Counted from the first letter of the whole stretch, positions 34,516-46,700 are shown. The stretch: 63,727 bases of DNA, filler included, from Sphacelaria rigidula (GCA_964200075.2; 6 parts of 6 records of this genome joined end to end with filler, not necessarily neighbours in it), one strand, 5' to 3'. Numbers and translations are program-made. Notes: generated by a model not told the origin, from the sequence alone.

Positions 34516-37265
34516 GTAAGTTTCTTAATAGTACACGGTCCGGACGAATCGGAGGGTTCATGCGGGTTGACTCCTCATGTGTTGACTGCGAATCATGTGT
34601 ACCAGAAAGTCATCCGGCATGAATCACGGATGGTGGGGTTGTATATTCAAGGTCATACCGCACGAATCACGAACTGGGAAGGCGTGTATTCCAAGTAGAG
34701 TCACAAGTATGTATGAAGAGGACTAAATATGTACAAATCATGCATACGTGATCCATCTCAAATGAACCGGAAGTGGGGAACATGTACATAGCATCCATGC
34801 TGTATGAAAGGAACTGGGAAACGTGTACGCTGGATTCATCTCGCATGAATGGAGGGCGAAGAATACGTACGTATCTTTCATGCATGAGTAAAAACTGTGT
34901 AACATACACGCTTAATTGAAGCCATATGGATGGAAGGCGAGGAACATGTATATTTCGTTCGTGATGCTCGAAAATGAGCGATTGATCGTTTAAAGAAAAG
35001 AGAAGCAGCAGCAGCAACAGCAATGACATCTGGGCATATGATTATCTCGCACTACGTACGAGCTGGGCCAGCCTAGAAACGGATTCAAGCTCTCGAAGCG
35101 ACATCTCAACAAACGGACGAGTTGGACCGTGATCCGCATATCGTATTAATCATGTAATCAAAGGGAAAATGCCCATCTGCTCAAAAATGGCGCACATTCG
35201 GTTCGATACTAGATCAGTATATTACGAGCAGAGGCACTAAATGACCTAAATCTGGATATGGCGTCTCAGTTTTTGAGAGTTGTGATATGAAATTTGGTAC
35301 GGAGAACTGCGAGTGCATGATGAAATAAAAAACACAGTTTTTCGTCTTCTTTTTTTTCCTCAATTTTTTTCCCGTTTTTGAACATTGCTCTTGGGCCTCA
35401 ATCTCAATATTTCAACTCATGATGAACCCTCCCTCCCCCATTTTTCTTGGTTCATCACGACCTAGCAAGGTCCCGCACAAAGCTTCAACCCATGAACACG
35501 AAACGTGGGCCGATAAAAGTCTGCAAAATACTGTTCCGAATTTACGCTGACTCGGTTTCTTGGAGGTGAATTCGCAATGTTCTTGGAGTTGGGAAGTGAA
35601 ATTTGGTACGGACAATCGACAGGGCATGAAAAAAAGCTGTCCGTAAGTAGTCGGCGACTTTTTTTTCGTGAATCAATACCCTTGAGTCGAGAAAAAAAAA
35701 TCGTTGGGACCTCACAGAGAGATTTTCTTTATGCCCTGTTGATTGTCCATTTCACTCTTCCAACTCCCCGGAAAAAAACTGCGAATTCGCCTCCAACGTA
35801 CAAATCCGCTTTTTACTCTCAACCGCACCCTCTACTCTCAATATCACAAGAACATTGTTGATCCTGATGATACTCCACCCATTCATACCATCACAGCTAC
35901 CTTCGCCAATAAGGGAATGGTTATCCGGAAATCGTAGCATGGGCTCCGACGGGAAAATATGAAAACAAGCAAGGTTCTGTGGGGAGGGGGGGGCACCAAG
36001 CCCGCTGTCCCCTAGTTTGTCACCGAGGCGTTGGCTGGTGCGGTCAGCTACCGTGCACAGAAATCCTTTGCAAGGAGACCGCTGAGATGACGGACACACC
36101 GCCCCTCTGAGCTCATCACCTACCATGCACACATCTACTGGATCATATTTCGTGTCGTGTGCCTCGACTATCTACCACTAGTAGTGTGGCCAAATTTGGC
36201 GAGGCGTGAGATCATGTTGCTACTTTCTACAGCCCGTCGCTACCGCGCGTCCGTGTATGGTACGTGGATGTGTGTGAGCGTTGCCGGCATCCGAGTCACC
36301 TGGATAAGGCGGGTGAGGAGCAGGAGTAAAGTCGCAAAGCCCGCAGGATGTTGCGGTTTTATTCGGCGTTCGTTGATCAATTATGTTCAACAATTGAGAA
36401 GGAACTTGAAGGACACTAGAAAGTTCACAAGAACAAAGGCTAAAATCGTGATGACTTCCTTAAAATTGCCCACCGGGAGGGGGGTGCGGTGGGCTCCGTG
36501 CCAAAAACCCTCTTGCAGACCCTCGATATAAGAGACAAGAAGACCACCAGACTCGCTTCCGGGGGAATGGGGGGGGGAAGTTGCACATACGAAACAAAAA
36601 CAGGCAAAAAACCGAGGAACACAAGATGGAGAGTGCTGCACGTACATGGCGTCTACTGTAATGAGTTGGTGTTGGTACTGTCGATACCAGGTGCTGTCGG
36701 TGCATCTTGGCTCGTACCTTTCGCGTGCCGGATCGCTGCCTTTGCGTCATCATTTTGGCACCAGTCCGCCATAAACCATCATTTTCCACGTTTAACACAG
36801 CTGTGCCACTCGTGTGCATCCACGGCTCACGTGGTCCATTCGTTATTCTATACCGAACGCCTTCGTGTCTTCCGCTAGGCAAAAGATCCAGTAATTGTGC
36901 CTCCCGTGAAAATCTCATTGTCGCCCCTTCACGGCTAAAATTGCACCGAACATGATGTGTTTCGGTATTTGTCCGAGTGGCATGCGCGTGACGAAACCAA
37001 ATGAATGCGAACTCCTTTTCCTCACTGTACTGCGTGAGAGGACCGCGTGCTTTGGAAACACAACGAGCATGGCTCGTGCGCTCGAGTCACTACTTTATTT
37101 TCAACGAGCAATGACTCGTGTGCTCGAGTCATCACTTTTTTCCACAATATGCTATGAAGTGAGTGCTCGCCCCATTCATTGTTTTGCACAACGAGCAGCC
37201 CAACGAGGGCGACTGCCACGAGTGACACTCGCGGTCGTCCAACGTATGAAGAACACCGAACAGAA

Positions 37266-37513
37266 GACTGCTGCCGAGATAGCCCCCCTCCCTACCGGCC
37301 AAGAAAGTGCACGGAGGCGATGATCATGAACACCGTCAAAGCTGGTTTCGTGTTTCACGACGCGACCCATTTGGGCGTTATAGCTGATTTCGGACTGCTT
37401 CACGCCTTTCGTTTGACCAAAATTGCTGCAAATTGAGCCTAACAGTAGGATCGCAGCCGGTTTGTTGGACGGCTCTGGTGCACTTTTTGGGGGGGGCTAT
37501 CGCGTCTTTACTG
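37266..37513. mobile_element. MITE family M1 (248 bp), opposite orientation, TSD AGAA
   Basis: GACTGCTGCCGAGATAGCCCCCC at the left end and a decayed right TIR. AGAA flanks both sides. The interior is the reverse complement of 26115-26363. Confidence 0.85.
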
Positions 37514-40156
37514 AGAAAACTGCGTTGAAAGATATGCACGCCATCATACTGGAACAAGGGGGGGCACAACACCACGAGCAGCAGCTTCTATCCTCCTGTT
37601 GTAGCTCAGTCTACAGGTGTACAGCGACGGAAGTATTGAGCGTTGTAAATGTATCATTTACTATATTTTGTACGAGCATGTCATTTCGAGTGACGCGAAA
37701 TTCGGATTGGCTCCTTCAGCTTCATTTCTTCTGTTTACTGACTGTAGTTGGTCCGTACACTTTCCCGATGTATCAATCCCAAAAACCATTCAATCTCACG
37801 GGCATAGCTTGCAGCTAGCGTCGAACATTCCATAAATGAGAACACGACCTTTTAGACGATCTAAATTAATGTCCGCCCATCTCTTCTTCGTTTCATTGAA
37901 CAGGCTCAACTCGCCTTCGACAACGCCGAGATCAAGCAGTTCAAGGACCACCTGCCACTTGCGCCTGTGATGGCGCGAGAGAAATGTCTCGACATGTGCC
38001 GTGGTGTTTGATGTAAAACATTGTACGCTAGGTCACTGTTCCCATCTTTCCGGCCTCCCTGCAAGCTAGTGAAGCCCCATTCGCTCATATATCTCGCGTT
38101 CAGAGGTAACTTTCGACTCGGCCTGTTGTTCTGGATCTCAATCACGGGGGGTTGTTGATGGAAGTTTAGTTGGTTTTTTTTTCGCGGTCGAGACGGAGGT
38201 GGTACATCCTACTTGTTACCCCTGGCGTAGCTCCTCACGTTGCCCAATGCGTGTCTCTCCCTATTTCGTGGCGTGACATACTCTATCCAATGTTCGAGTC
38301 TTGAACTGTATTCGTACTCATTTTGATGGCCCCCATTGCGTACCCTGACGTGTCATTACAGGCACCCGAGTGCACCCCGTATGCGCTCATGCGTGGAGCA
38401 ATTCGAAATTCTGTCCCGCGTGCTGCGGTACCAACAGGGATTATTTTGTCCATCCGCCGTTGGGCGAAAGTGGATTCGATAATTTTTTTCGCGACCGAAT
38501 GAGAAGTGTTGAGTCGATTTTGTATGGTACTTGAATGATTAGATTCCGCTGGTTGACATTGTTATTGTTGTTAATTTCACATAAAATATAACTTGGCGAT
38601 TTTTGAGCTTACCGTCTGTCTACGCATGCCGCCGCGCCCTGATTTTCAAGAATGATCGGCTGTCGCCATTACGGTGAATACTGGGAGGGTTCGATCCCCG
38701 ATTCCTTGTTATTTTTCTTCGTAGAATCCCAAATCCCCCGTAAAAAGCGTAAGATCACTCGGCATGTAAAAAACCTCGAGAGTTGATGATGAAGAGCTCA
38801 CGCCACACATGATACAGTAAAAAGTGGTGTCATTACGCGCTGATCGTGCGCCAATTATAAGGAGACCCCGTGAGTCGTGTGACCAACACAAATTTTGAAA
38901 ACGTTGCGCATAAATTTACGGTTGTTCGTGCAGACCTTGATAACCTTGACGGAAATTTACACTTGCTCGAAGGGGACGCAACGGACTGTTACACAACGTA
39001 CACACTCCCTATTATCTGGTAATCATGGAATAAGGGGGAAAAATTTTCGGATAACAAGGAAGGGTGATGTCCAGGTTTGTTTGGGGTATGGACACATTTC
39101 CATCCGTCATGTACACATTCTTCGGTGTTTGAAAGTTGGTGTCAACGGGACACGAACGGCCATACCACGTCGGGAGTACCACATCCCGTCCGCTCTGTGG
39201 AGTCAAGAGGCGTCGGGCCCGGCTAGTACTACGGTAATGGACCACGTGGGATGCCCTGATGCTGTTTCTTTTTCATCGTACCATCAAATCCTCACGTACT
39301 TCTCCGCCGAACACCCAGCACAGCGCTCGATCGTTTCCGCCTGTCGCCGGTTCACCCAAACGGGGTATGCCCCTGTGTAAAACGGTATGGTGGGGGTGAT
39401 TGGTAGTAAAAAAACGGCCATACCACGTCGATAGTACCACATCCCGTCCGCTCTGTGAAGTCGAACGGTGTCGGGCCAGGCTAGTGCTACGGTGGGGAAC
39501 AAAACAAGGAGCCCTAGTGCTGTATCTTTTTTCATCGGACCATCGAATCCTCACGAACTTCTTCGCCAAACACCCATGACCATCACCCGAGCGTGTTGGC
39601 GTGTTCCCGGTATGGTGAGAGTACCTGGTGTTACAGAACAGAACCGTCCGGACCACGTCGATAGTGCCACATCCCGTCCGCTCTTCTCGCGGCGTCCGCC
39701 CAAGCTAACACTACGGTGGGGAATCCGCGAGAAGCCCTCGTGCTGTTTCTTTTTCATCGTACCATCGGATCCTCACGTACTTCTCCGCTGGACATCCATG
39801 CACAGCGCTCGATCGTGTCCGCCTGTCCCCGGTTCCCCAATAGGGGGTATGCCGCTGTGTATGACAGTATGGTGGCGGGATATCGTGTCGATGGAGCAGG
39901 AACGGCCATACCACGTCAAAAGAATCACATCCCGTCCGCTCTTGTTGCGGCGTGAGGCCAGGCTAGTACTACGGTGGGGGACCACGTGAAAACGCCATGG
40001 TGCTGTTTCTTTTTCATCGTACCATCAAATCCTCACGTACATCTCCGCCGGACACCCAGCACAGCGCTCGATCGTGTCCGCCTGTCCCCGGTTCACCAAT
40101 ACGGGGTATGCCGCTGTGTATGACGGTATGGTGAGGGTATTTCGTGTTGACGGAAC

Positions 40157-40269
40157 AGGAACGGCCATACCACGTCGATAGTACCACATCCCGTCCGCTC
40201 TTGTTGCGGCGTCGGGCCAGGCTAGTACTACGGTGGGGGACCACGTGAAAACGCCCTGGTGCTGTTTCT
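40157..40269 (+). pseudogene. 5S rRNA variant with 6-nt deletion across the A box (same allele at 39898-40010 and 40678-40790)
   Basis: CTCTTGTTGCGGCG replaces CTCTGTG.AGTCAAGCGGCG, and GTGAAAACGCC replaces GTGGGAAGCC; 113 nt. Confidence 0.75.
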
Positions 40270-41196
40270 TTTTCATCGTACCATCAAATCCTCACGTACT
40301 TCTCCGGTAAACACACGCACAGCGCTCGATCGTGTCCGCCTGTCCCTGGTTCACCAATACGGGGTATGCCGCTGTGTATGACGGTATGGTGAGGGTATTT
40401 CGTGTTGACGGAACAGGAACGGCCATACCACGTCGATAGTACCACACCCCGTCCGCTCTGTGTAGTCAAGCGGCGACGGACTAGGCTAGTACTACGGTGG
40501 GGAATCCGTGAGAAGCCCTGGTGCTGTTTCTTTTTCATCGTACCATCAAATCTCCACGTACATCTCCGCCGGACACCCAGCACAGCGCTCGATCGTGTCC
40601 GCCTGTCCCCGGTTCACCAATACGGGGTATGCCGCTGTGTATGACGGTATGGTGAGGGTATTTCGTGTTGACGGAACAGGAACGGCCATACCACGTCGAT
40701 AGTACCACATCCCGTCCGCTCTTGTTGCGGCGTCGGGCCAGGCTAGTACTACGGTGGGGGACCACGTGAAAACGCCCTGGTGCTGTTTCTTTTTCATCGT
40801 ACCATCAAATCCTCACGTACTTCTCCGGTAAACACACGCACAGCGCTCGATCGTACCGCCTGTCCCTGGTGCACCAATAGGGGTATGCCGCTGTGTATGA
40901 AGGTATGGTGAGGGTATTTCGTGTTGACGGAACAGGAACGGCCATACCACGTCGATAGTACCACACCCCATCCGCTCTGTGTAGTCAAGCGGCGACGCAC
41001 TAGGCTAGTACTGCGGTGGGGGACCACGTGGGAAGCCCTGGTGCTGTTTCTTTTTCATCGTACCATCAAATCCTCACGTACTTCTCCGGTAAACACACGC
41101 ACAGCGCTCGATCGTGTCCGCCTGTCCCTGGTTCACCAATACGGGGTATGCCGCTGTGTATGACGGTATGGTGAGGGTATTTGGTGTTGACGGAAC

Positions 41197-41314
41197 AGGA
41201 ACGGCCATACCACGTCGATAGTACCACACCCCGTCCGCTCTGTGTAGTCAAGCGGCGACGCACTAGGCTAGTACTACGGTGGGGGACCACGTGGGAAGCC
41301 CTGGTGCTGTTTCT
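41197..41314 (+). rRNA. Full-length (118 nt) 5S rRNA gene copy
   Basis: Helix I (AGGAACGGC/GCTGTTTCT), A box, C-box region and T-run terminator are intact. Confidence 0.85.
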
Positions 41315-42245
41315 TTTTCATCGTACCATCAAATCCTCACGTACTTCTCCGGTAAACACACGCACAGCGCTCGATCGTGTCCGCCTGTCCCCGGTTCACC
41401 AATACGGGGTATGCCGCTGTGTATGACGGTATGGTGAGTGTATTTCGTGTTGACGTAACAGGAACGGCCATACCACGTCGATAGTACCACACCCCGTCCG
41501 CTCTGTGTAGTCAAGCGGCGACGGACTAGGCTAGTACTACGGTGGGGAATCACGTGAGAAGCCCTGGTGCTGTTTCTTTTTCATCGTACCATCAAATCCT
41601 CACGTACTTCTCCGGTAAACACACGCACAGCGCTCGATCGTGTCCGCCTGTCCCCGGTTCACCAATACGGGGTATGCCGCTGTGTATGACGGTATGGTGA
41701 GGGTATTTCGTGTTGACGGAACGGCCATACCACGTCGATAGTACCACACCCCGTCCACTCTGTGTAGTCGAGCGGCGACGCACTAGGCTAGTACTACGGT
41801 GGGGAATCCGTGAGAAGCCCTGGTGCTGTTTCTTTTTCATCGTACCATCAAATCCTCTGGAACATCTCCGCCGGACACCCAGCACAGCGCTCGATCGTGT
41901 CCGCCTGTCCCCGGTTCACCAATACGGGGCATGCCGCTGTGTATGACGGTATGGTGAGGGTATTTCGTGTTGACGGAACAGGAACGGCCATACCACGTCG
42001 ATAGTTCCACACCCCGTCCGCTCTGTGTAGTCAAGCGGCGACGGACTAGGCTAGTACTGCGGTGGGGGACCACGTGAAAACACCCTGGTGCTGTTTCTTT
42101 TCCATCGTACCATCAAATCCTCACGTACATCTCCGCCGGACACCCATGCACAGCGCTCGATCGTGTCCGCCTGTCCCTGGTTCACCAATACGGGGTATGC
42201 CGCTGTGTATGACGGTATGGTGAGGGTATTTCGTGTTGACGTAAC

Positions 42246-42363
42246 TGGAACGGCCATACCACGTCGATAGTACCACACCCCGTCCGCTCTGTGTAGTCAA
42301 GCGGCGACGCACTAGGCTAGTACTACGGTGGGGGACCACGTGGGAAGCCCTGGTGCTGTTTCT
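42246..42363 (+). rRNA. Full-length (118 nt) 5S rRNA gene copy
   Basis: Same sequence as 41197-41314 apart from the first base. Confidence 0.85.
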
Positions 42364-42454
42364 TTTTCATCGTACCATCAAATCCTCACGTACATCTCCG
42401 CCGGACACCCAGCACAGCGCTCGATCGTGTCCGCCTGTCCCCGGTTCACCAATA

Positions 42455-42554
42455 NNNNNNNNNNNNNNNNNNNNNNNNNNNNNNNNNNNNNNNNNNNNTT
42501 AATTAATTAANNNNNNNNNNNNNNNNNNNNNNNNNNNNNNNNNNNNNNNNNNNN
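42455..42554. other. Artificial contig linker
   Basis: N44-TTAATTAATTAA-N44. Confidence 0.98.
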
Positions 42555-43710
42555 CTCGCCACTGCGCAGGCGGACCACGCAGCGATCGCTCAAGCTCACG
42601 AGACGCAAGCGGCGTGGGAAGAGGGACTGCAGTCCTTGAAGGATGAGCATGAGCGATTGATGGCCGAAACGGAAGAGAAGGACGCCAAAGTGCGTGAGCT
42701 GGAGGCGGCGCTCGCCACTGCGCAGGCGGACCACGCAGCGATCGCTCAAGGACACGGCGAGAAGAAAGCGGAGCTGGAGGAGATGCTGCAATCCTTGAAG
42801 GATGAGCATGAGCGCCTGATGTCCGAAACGGAAGAGAAAGACGCCAGAGTGCGTGAACTGGAGGCGGCGCTCGCCACTGCGCAGGCGGACCACGCAGCGA
42901 TCGCTCAAGGACACGGCGAGAAGAAAGCGGAGCTGGAGGAGGTGCTGCAATCCTTGAAGGTTGAGCACCAGCGTTTACTCTCCGAATCGAAAGAGAAGGA
43001 AGCCAAGCTCGGTGAGCTGGAGGAAGCACTTGCCGCCGCGCTCACAGACCACGAAGCGGCCGCCCACGCGCACGGTGACGAATGTACGGACTTGGATACG
43101 GGACTTCAATCCGTGCAAGTCGAGCTCCGACGCTCGCTGTCCGAAACGAAAGAGAAGGAAGCCAAGGTGGGTGAACTGGAAGCGGCCCTCGCCGCCGCGC
43201 TTACGGACCACGCAGCAGTCGCCCAAGCGCACCTCGAAAAACAAGCGGAGTTAGAGACCGAACTGCAATCCTTGCAGGATGAGCATCAGCGCGTGCTATT
43301 CCAAACGGACGAGAAGAATGCCAAGGTGGTCGAGCTGGAAGCGGCGCTTGCTACTGCGCAGGCGAACCTCGAGGCGGCCGCCCGAGCGCACGAAAAGAAA
43401 CAAGCGGAGCTGGAGACTGGATTGCAATCCCTGAAAGGTGAGCATCATCGTTTGCTATCCGAAACAGAAGAGAAGGATGCCAAGGTAGGTGAACTAGAAG
43501 CGGCGGTCGCCACTGCTCGGGTGGAGCATGACGCGATCGCCCAAGCGCACAACGAGGAGCGAACGGCGTTGGAGGAAGAGCTTCAATCCCTGCAAGGCGA
43601 GCATCAGTGTTTGCTATCCGAAGCGGAAGAGAAGAACGCCAAAGTAGGTGAGCTGGAAGCTGCGGTTGCCGCGGCGCGGACGAACCACGAAGCGGCTGTT
43701 CAGGCACACG
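42555..43710 (+). repeat. 159-bp (53-aa) coding tandem repeat, at least 7 copies
   Basis: Unit LKDEHERLMSETEEKDARVRELEAALATAQADHAAIAQGHGEKKAELEEVLQS starts at 42636, 42795, 42954, 43113, 43272, 43431 and 43590. Confidence 0.92.
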
Positions 43711-46700
43711 CTCAACTCCAAGAAGAACTGTCTAGCCGCGACACGGAGCATGAGGCAAGGGTGCAGCAGCTGTCCGAGCAGCTGGCGGCCAGTGAGGAAG
43801 ACGCGGAATCTGCGAGGGTCGAGCTCGCCGGCGCGCGCGCCGCGGCGGAGCAAGCGAACGCGGCCACGGCCAATGAGGTATCGCAGCAGCTGAAGACCTC
43901 GCTCGAGGAGCTCTTTGCGTCGCGTGCCGAGCTAGAGACTCGCAAGGAAGAGATCTCTCGCCTCCTGGAGCAAGCGGAGACATCGGCGTCCAAGATTGCC
44001 GAGCTTCAGTCAGAGCTCGAGGAGAAGGATGAGAAGCTGGCGGGGCTAGAAGCGACTGTTGACTCTTTCGACGGCCGGTTGGCGGCTGCCACCGAGGAGG
44101 CCGCCGCTGCGAGAGAAGCGCAGATGGAAGAGAGCCGTGAAACGCATGAAGCGCGCGAGTCGGCAAGTGCAGAACGTATTGCGGCGCTGGAGAGTCAGCT
44201 GGAGCAAGCTAAGATTGCGCTCGAGAAGGAAATCGCGGATGCTGTTGACGCCGTCCGCCGCGAAGGACAGGCGGTAATCGACGAGCGCGAATCACACATA
44301 CTGAGAATGGAGAAGGAGATTTCCGCATCCGCGGCGGAGCTTGAAGGCGCCCGTCAGAGCCTGAGCGAGCGTGACGAGCTCACCGCGGGGGTTGCTGCGA
44401 AGGTTGAGGCGGAGCTTGAGGTTGTTCGCGCGCAGCTTGCCGAGGCGAACACAAATTTGGCCTCTGAGGAAGAGGTCGTCGCCAAGCTCCGCCAGGAAGT
44501 CGAGCAAGCGACGGCTGCGCTTGATGATGCGCGGACGGCGGCAGCGGCGGCTGGCCAGCAAGCGGACCAAGCAGCGGCGGCGCTCGAGGAACGGAAGGCG
44601 GCGGTGGAGGCTGTTGTCGAAGAACAATCTGTAGAGATTTCTGGTCTGAAGGAGGTGCTACACGCAAACAGGGGTGTGCAGGAAGATCTTGCGCTCGCGC
44701 TCGATGAATCGGAGAGTTTGTCGAAGGAGGTGTTGGACCTAACGGATGAGTTGATGGAGAAAGACGAAAAGCTTTCCAAGGCGGAGGCTGCAGTTGCCAA
44801 GCTTCGCGAGGAGGTGTGTTATTATTATATATACGAGTATACATTTGTGTGCGGTTGATGGCTTGTTTTGTTTTCCTGTTGTGTTTTTTCTGACAATCGT
44901 TGCGCTAGTCTGGCCCGGAATGTGACCAGGGGTTGGAAATTCGGCAATATAAGCCTGATGTAGATGGATCGCGTGAGAGTGGATGTGCAGCAGTTTTAGA
45001 AGCGCTGAAGTGATGAAGTTTGCATTTTAGGTGAGGGGGAGGGGGTAACAAAATCCCCTCAGTGACCCGAGGATGACTTTATAGAATGCCCGGGTAGAGT
45101 TAGGGTTAGGGTTAGGATTAGAGCACGTTGCGTCTCTCATTTTCGTGTCCTTTCTGGGCACCTTCCCAGTAGCCTCCAGCAGCGGACAAGTCAATCCGTG
45201 GATTGGAAGGTCTTCACCCATTGCCGCGCGAGAGCTCTGTTTAACCCTGGTTCGGGTGCTGTTGTGGAGTGCAGGAATGTGCTATTTTGGAAAACGACGG
45301 ATTTGACAGTCTCGTGATGACGTCGCAAAAATCGATGAACAAAACTGATTGAAAAATAGTTGAAACTGCAAGAGTTTTTGTGCTGCATGTCAAATTCCTC
45401 CTTTTATTTTGAGCCAGACTGGTACGTCGCGTTCGTCTCGTGCTGCTGTCCCCACGTATGCATTCTGTGTTTCTGGTCGAGATGAAATCCTGGACTCCGG
45501 TCTAATATTTGTACCCGTTGCAGTCGTTGGCACGTTTATGGGGTCGGCACATCGTGGGGGCTCTAATATCAACCAATAGCGGGCCCCAAAAATGTGGGGT
45601 CACTATAGATTTGTACTGAGCTATGTCCACTTCCTGCGTTGCACGTGGGCCCACGCTCCACCTAAAGATTGGCAGAACGGACTGGAGAAAAATGGTATCT
45701 CGCACTGCCACGCAAACCGCGTTTCATTCTTGATAACAGAAATCTCTTCCCCCCCCCTGCCCCCCCCGCCCCTGTCCTGCCCGTTGCCCGTTGCCCGTTG
45801 CCAACCCTCGACCCCGATTCGTCTCAGTTGGCGACAGCGACGGCCCAAGTGGGGAATGCCAACAGCAGCAACCCCGACGGTCACTCCGCTGAAATCGCTG
45901 AGGCCGAAGTCCGAAGGCTCAAGGTAGAGCTCGACCAGAAGCGCAGCGAGATCGACATCGCGATCAAGGAGACGGACACCGTCCGCGCCGAGCTGAAAGA
46001 GATGAAGGCCCTCTTCAACGCCGCTGGGCAGCAGGCGGACGCGGCCGGCGCAGACGAGGAGACGCTGCGCAAACGCTTGTCCCAGCTCATGTGCGAGAAC
46101 GGTCTGCTGAAGGGCGAGAAGGACCGGCGCGAGGCGCTGGACGCGTCGATGAAGATGGAGTCGCGGTCGGCTGCCGCCCGTGCGGCGGGGGAGGTTGAGC
46201 GCCTGGAGCGCGAACTGCAGGTGGGCATGATGTGCTTGTTTGTTTCTCTGTGTGCTTCGCTGTTGTTGTCGCCATTACCGTTGTTGTTGCCGGTCTTGTG
46301 GTGGTGTGGGTGGTGGTGGTATTTTCGCCTCGTACTTGTGTCTCCTGTTCAAAGTGGAAGCGAGCGGAGGTTGAGCGTGTTTGCTTCATTTCACGTTTGT
46401 TTTCCCCTTATTTATGACCAGGAAAAAAAAAATGGAGGTATTCTTCCTGTACTACTCGAAAGCAGTTCACTGGGCATGTGTACGTAACGTTTTTTTTTCC
46501 TGGTTTGTTTCTCGCGCCTCTCTGCCAATGGTGACAAGTGTGTCCGCGACATACATGTGTGTGCATATATTGCAGTATATTCATTTGTGTTTGTCGAATG
46601 TAGTCAGTATCCATGACATCAAGAGTCAAGCGATACATGACCAGTTTTTTTAATAGCTGCAGTGTTGGGAAGGGGGGCTGTTGTGTTCCTGAAGGTCACT

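Larger units (their letters stand above)
39152..42454 (+). rRNA. Tandem 5S rDNA array: 13 5S rRNA genes/pseudogenes, ~261-bp unit, running off the contig end
   Basis: Copies at 39152-39269, 39410-39527, 39640-39750, 39898-40010, 40157-40269, 40415-40531, 40678-40790, 40934-41051, 41197-41314, 41460-41577, 41717-41833, 41980-42098 and 42246-42363. Typical copy: AGGAACGGCCATACCACGTCGATAGTACC...CCCGTCCGCTCTGTG.AGTCAAGC...AGGCTAGTACTACGGTGGGGGACCACGTGGGAAGCCCTGGTGCTGTTTCT plus a T-run Pol III terminator. The 5' and 3' ends pair as helix I. Confidence 0.92.

Noticed and set aside
36233-36259. Possible 27-nt micro-exon (ctttctacag|...|gtacgt)
   Set aside because: Good splice signals, but the phase is incompatible with the cupin exon and there is no other support.
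41110-41140. PBS/tRNA-end-like CCTGTCCC(C/T)GGTTCACCA in the 5S spacer suggesting a Cassandra-type TRIM
   Set aside because: No TG...CA LTR boundaries or polypurine tract could be placed, and no tRNA match can be shown.
39152-42454. CRISPR-like array, plain satellite, or repeated small ORFs (MVPHRSTSL...)
   Set aside because: Spacers are not unique and no cas genes are present. The unit contains a recognisable 5S rRNA gene with terminator, and the ORFs are antisense by-products.
45099-45122. Telomere-like TTAGGG repeats
   Set aside because: Only 2-3 units inside an intron; an interstitial or repeat-borne motif, not a chromosome end.
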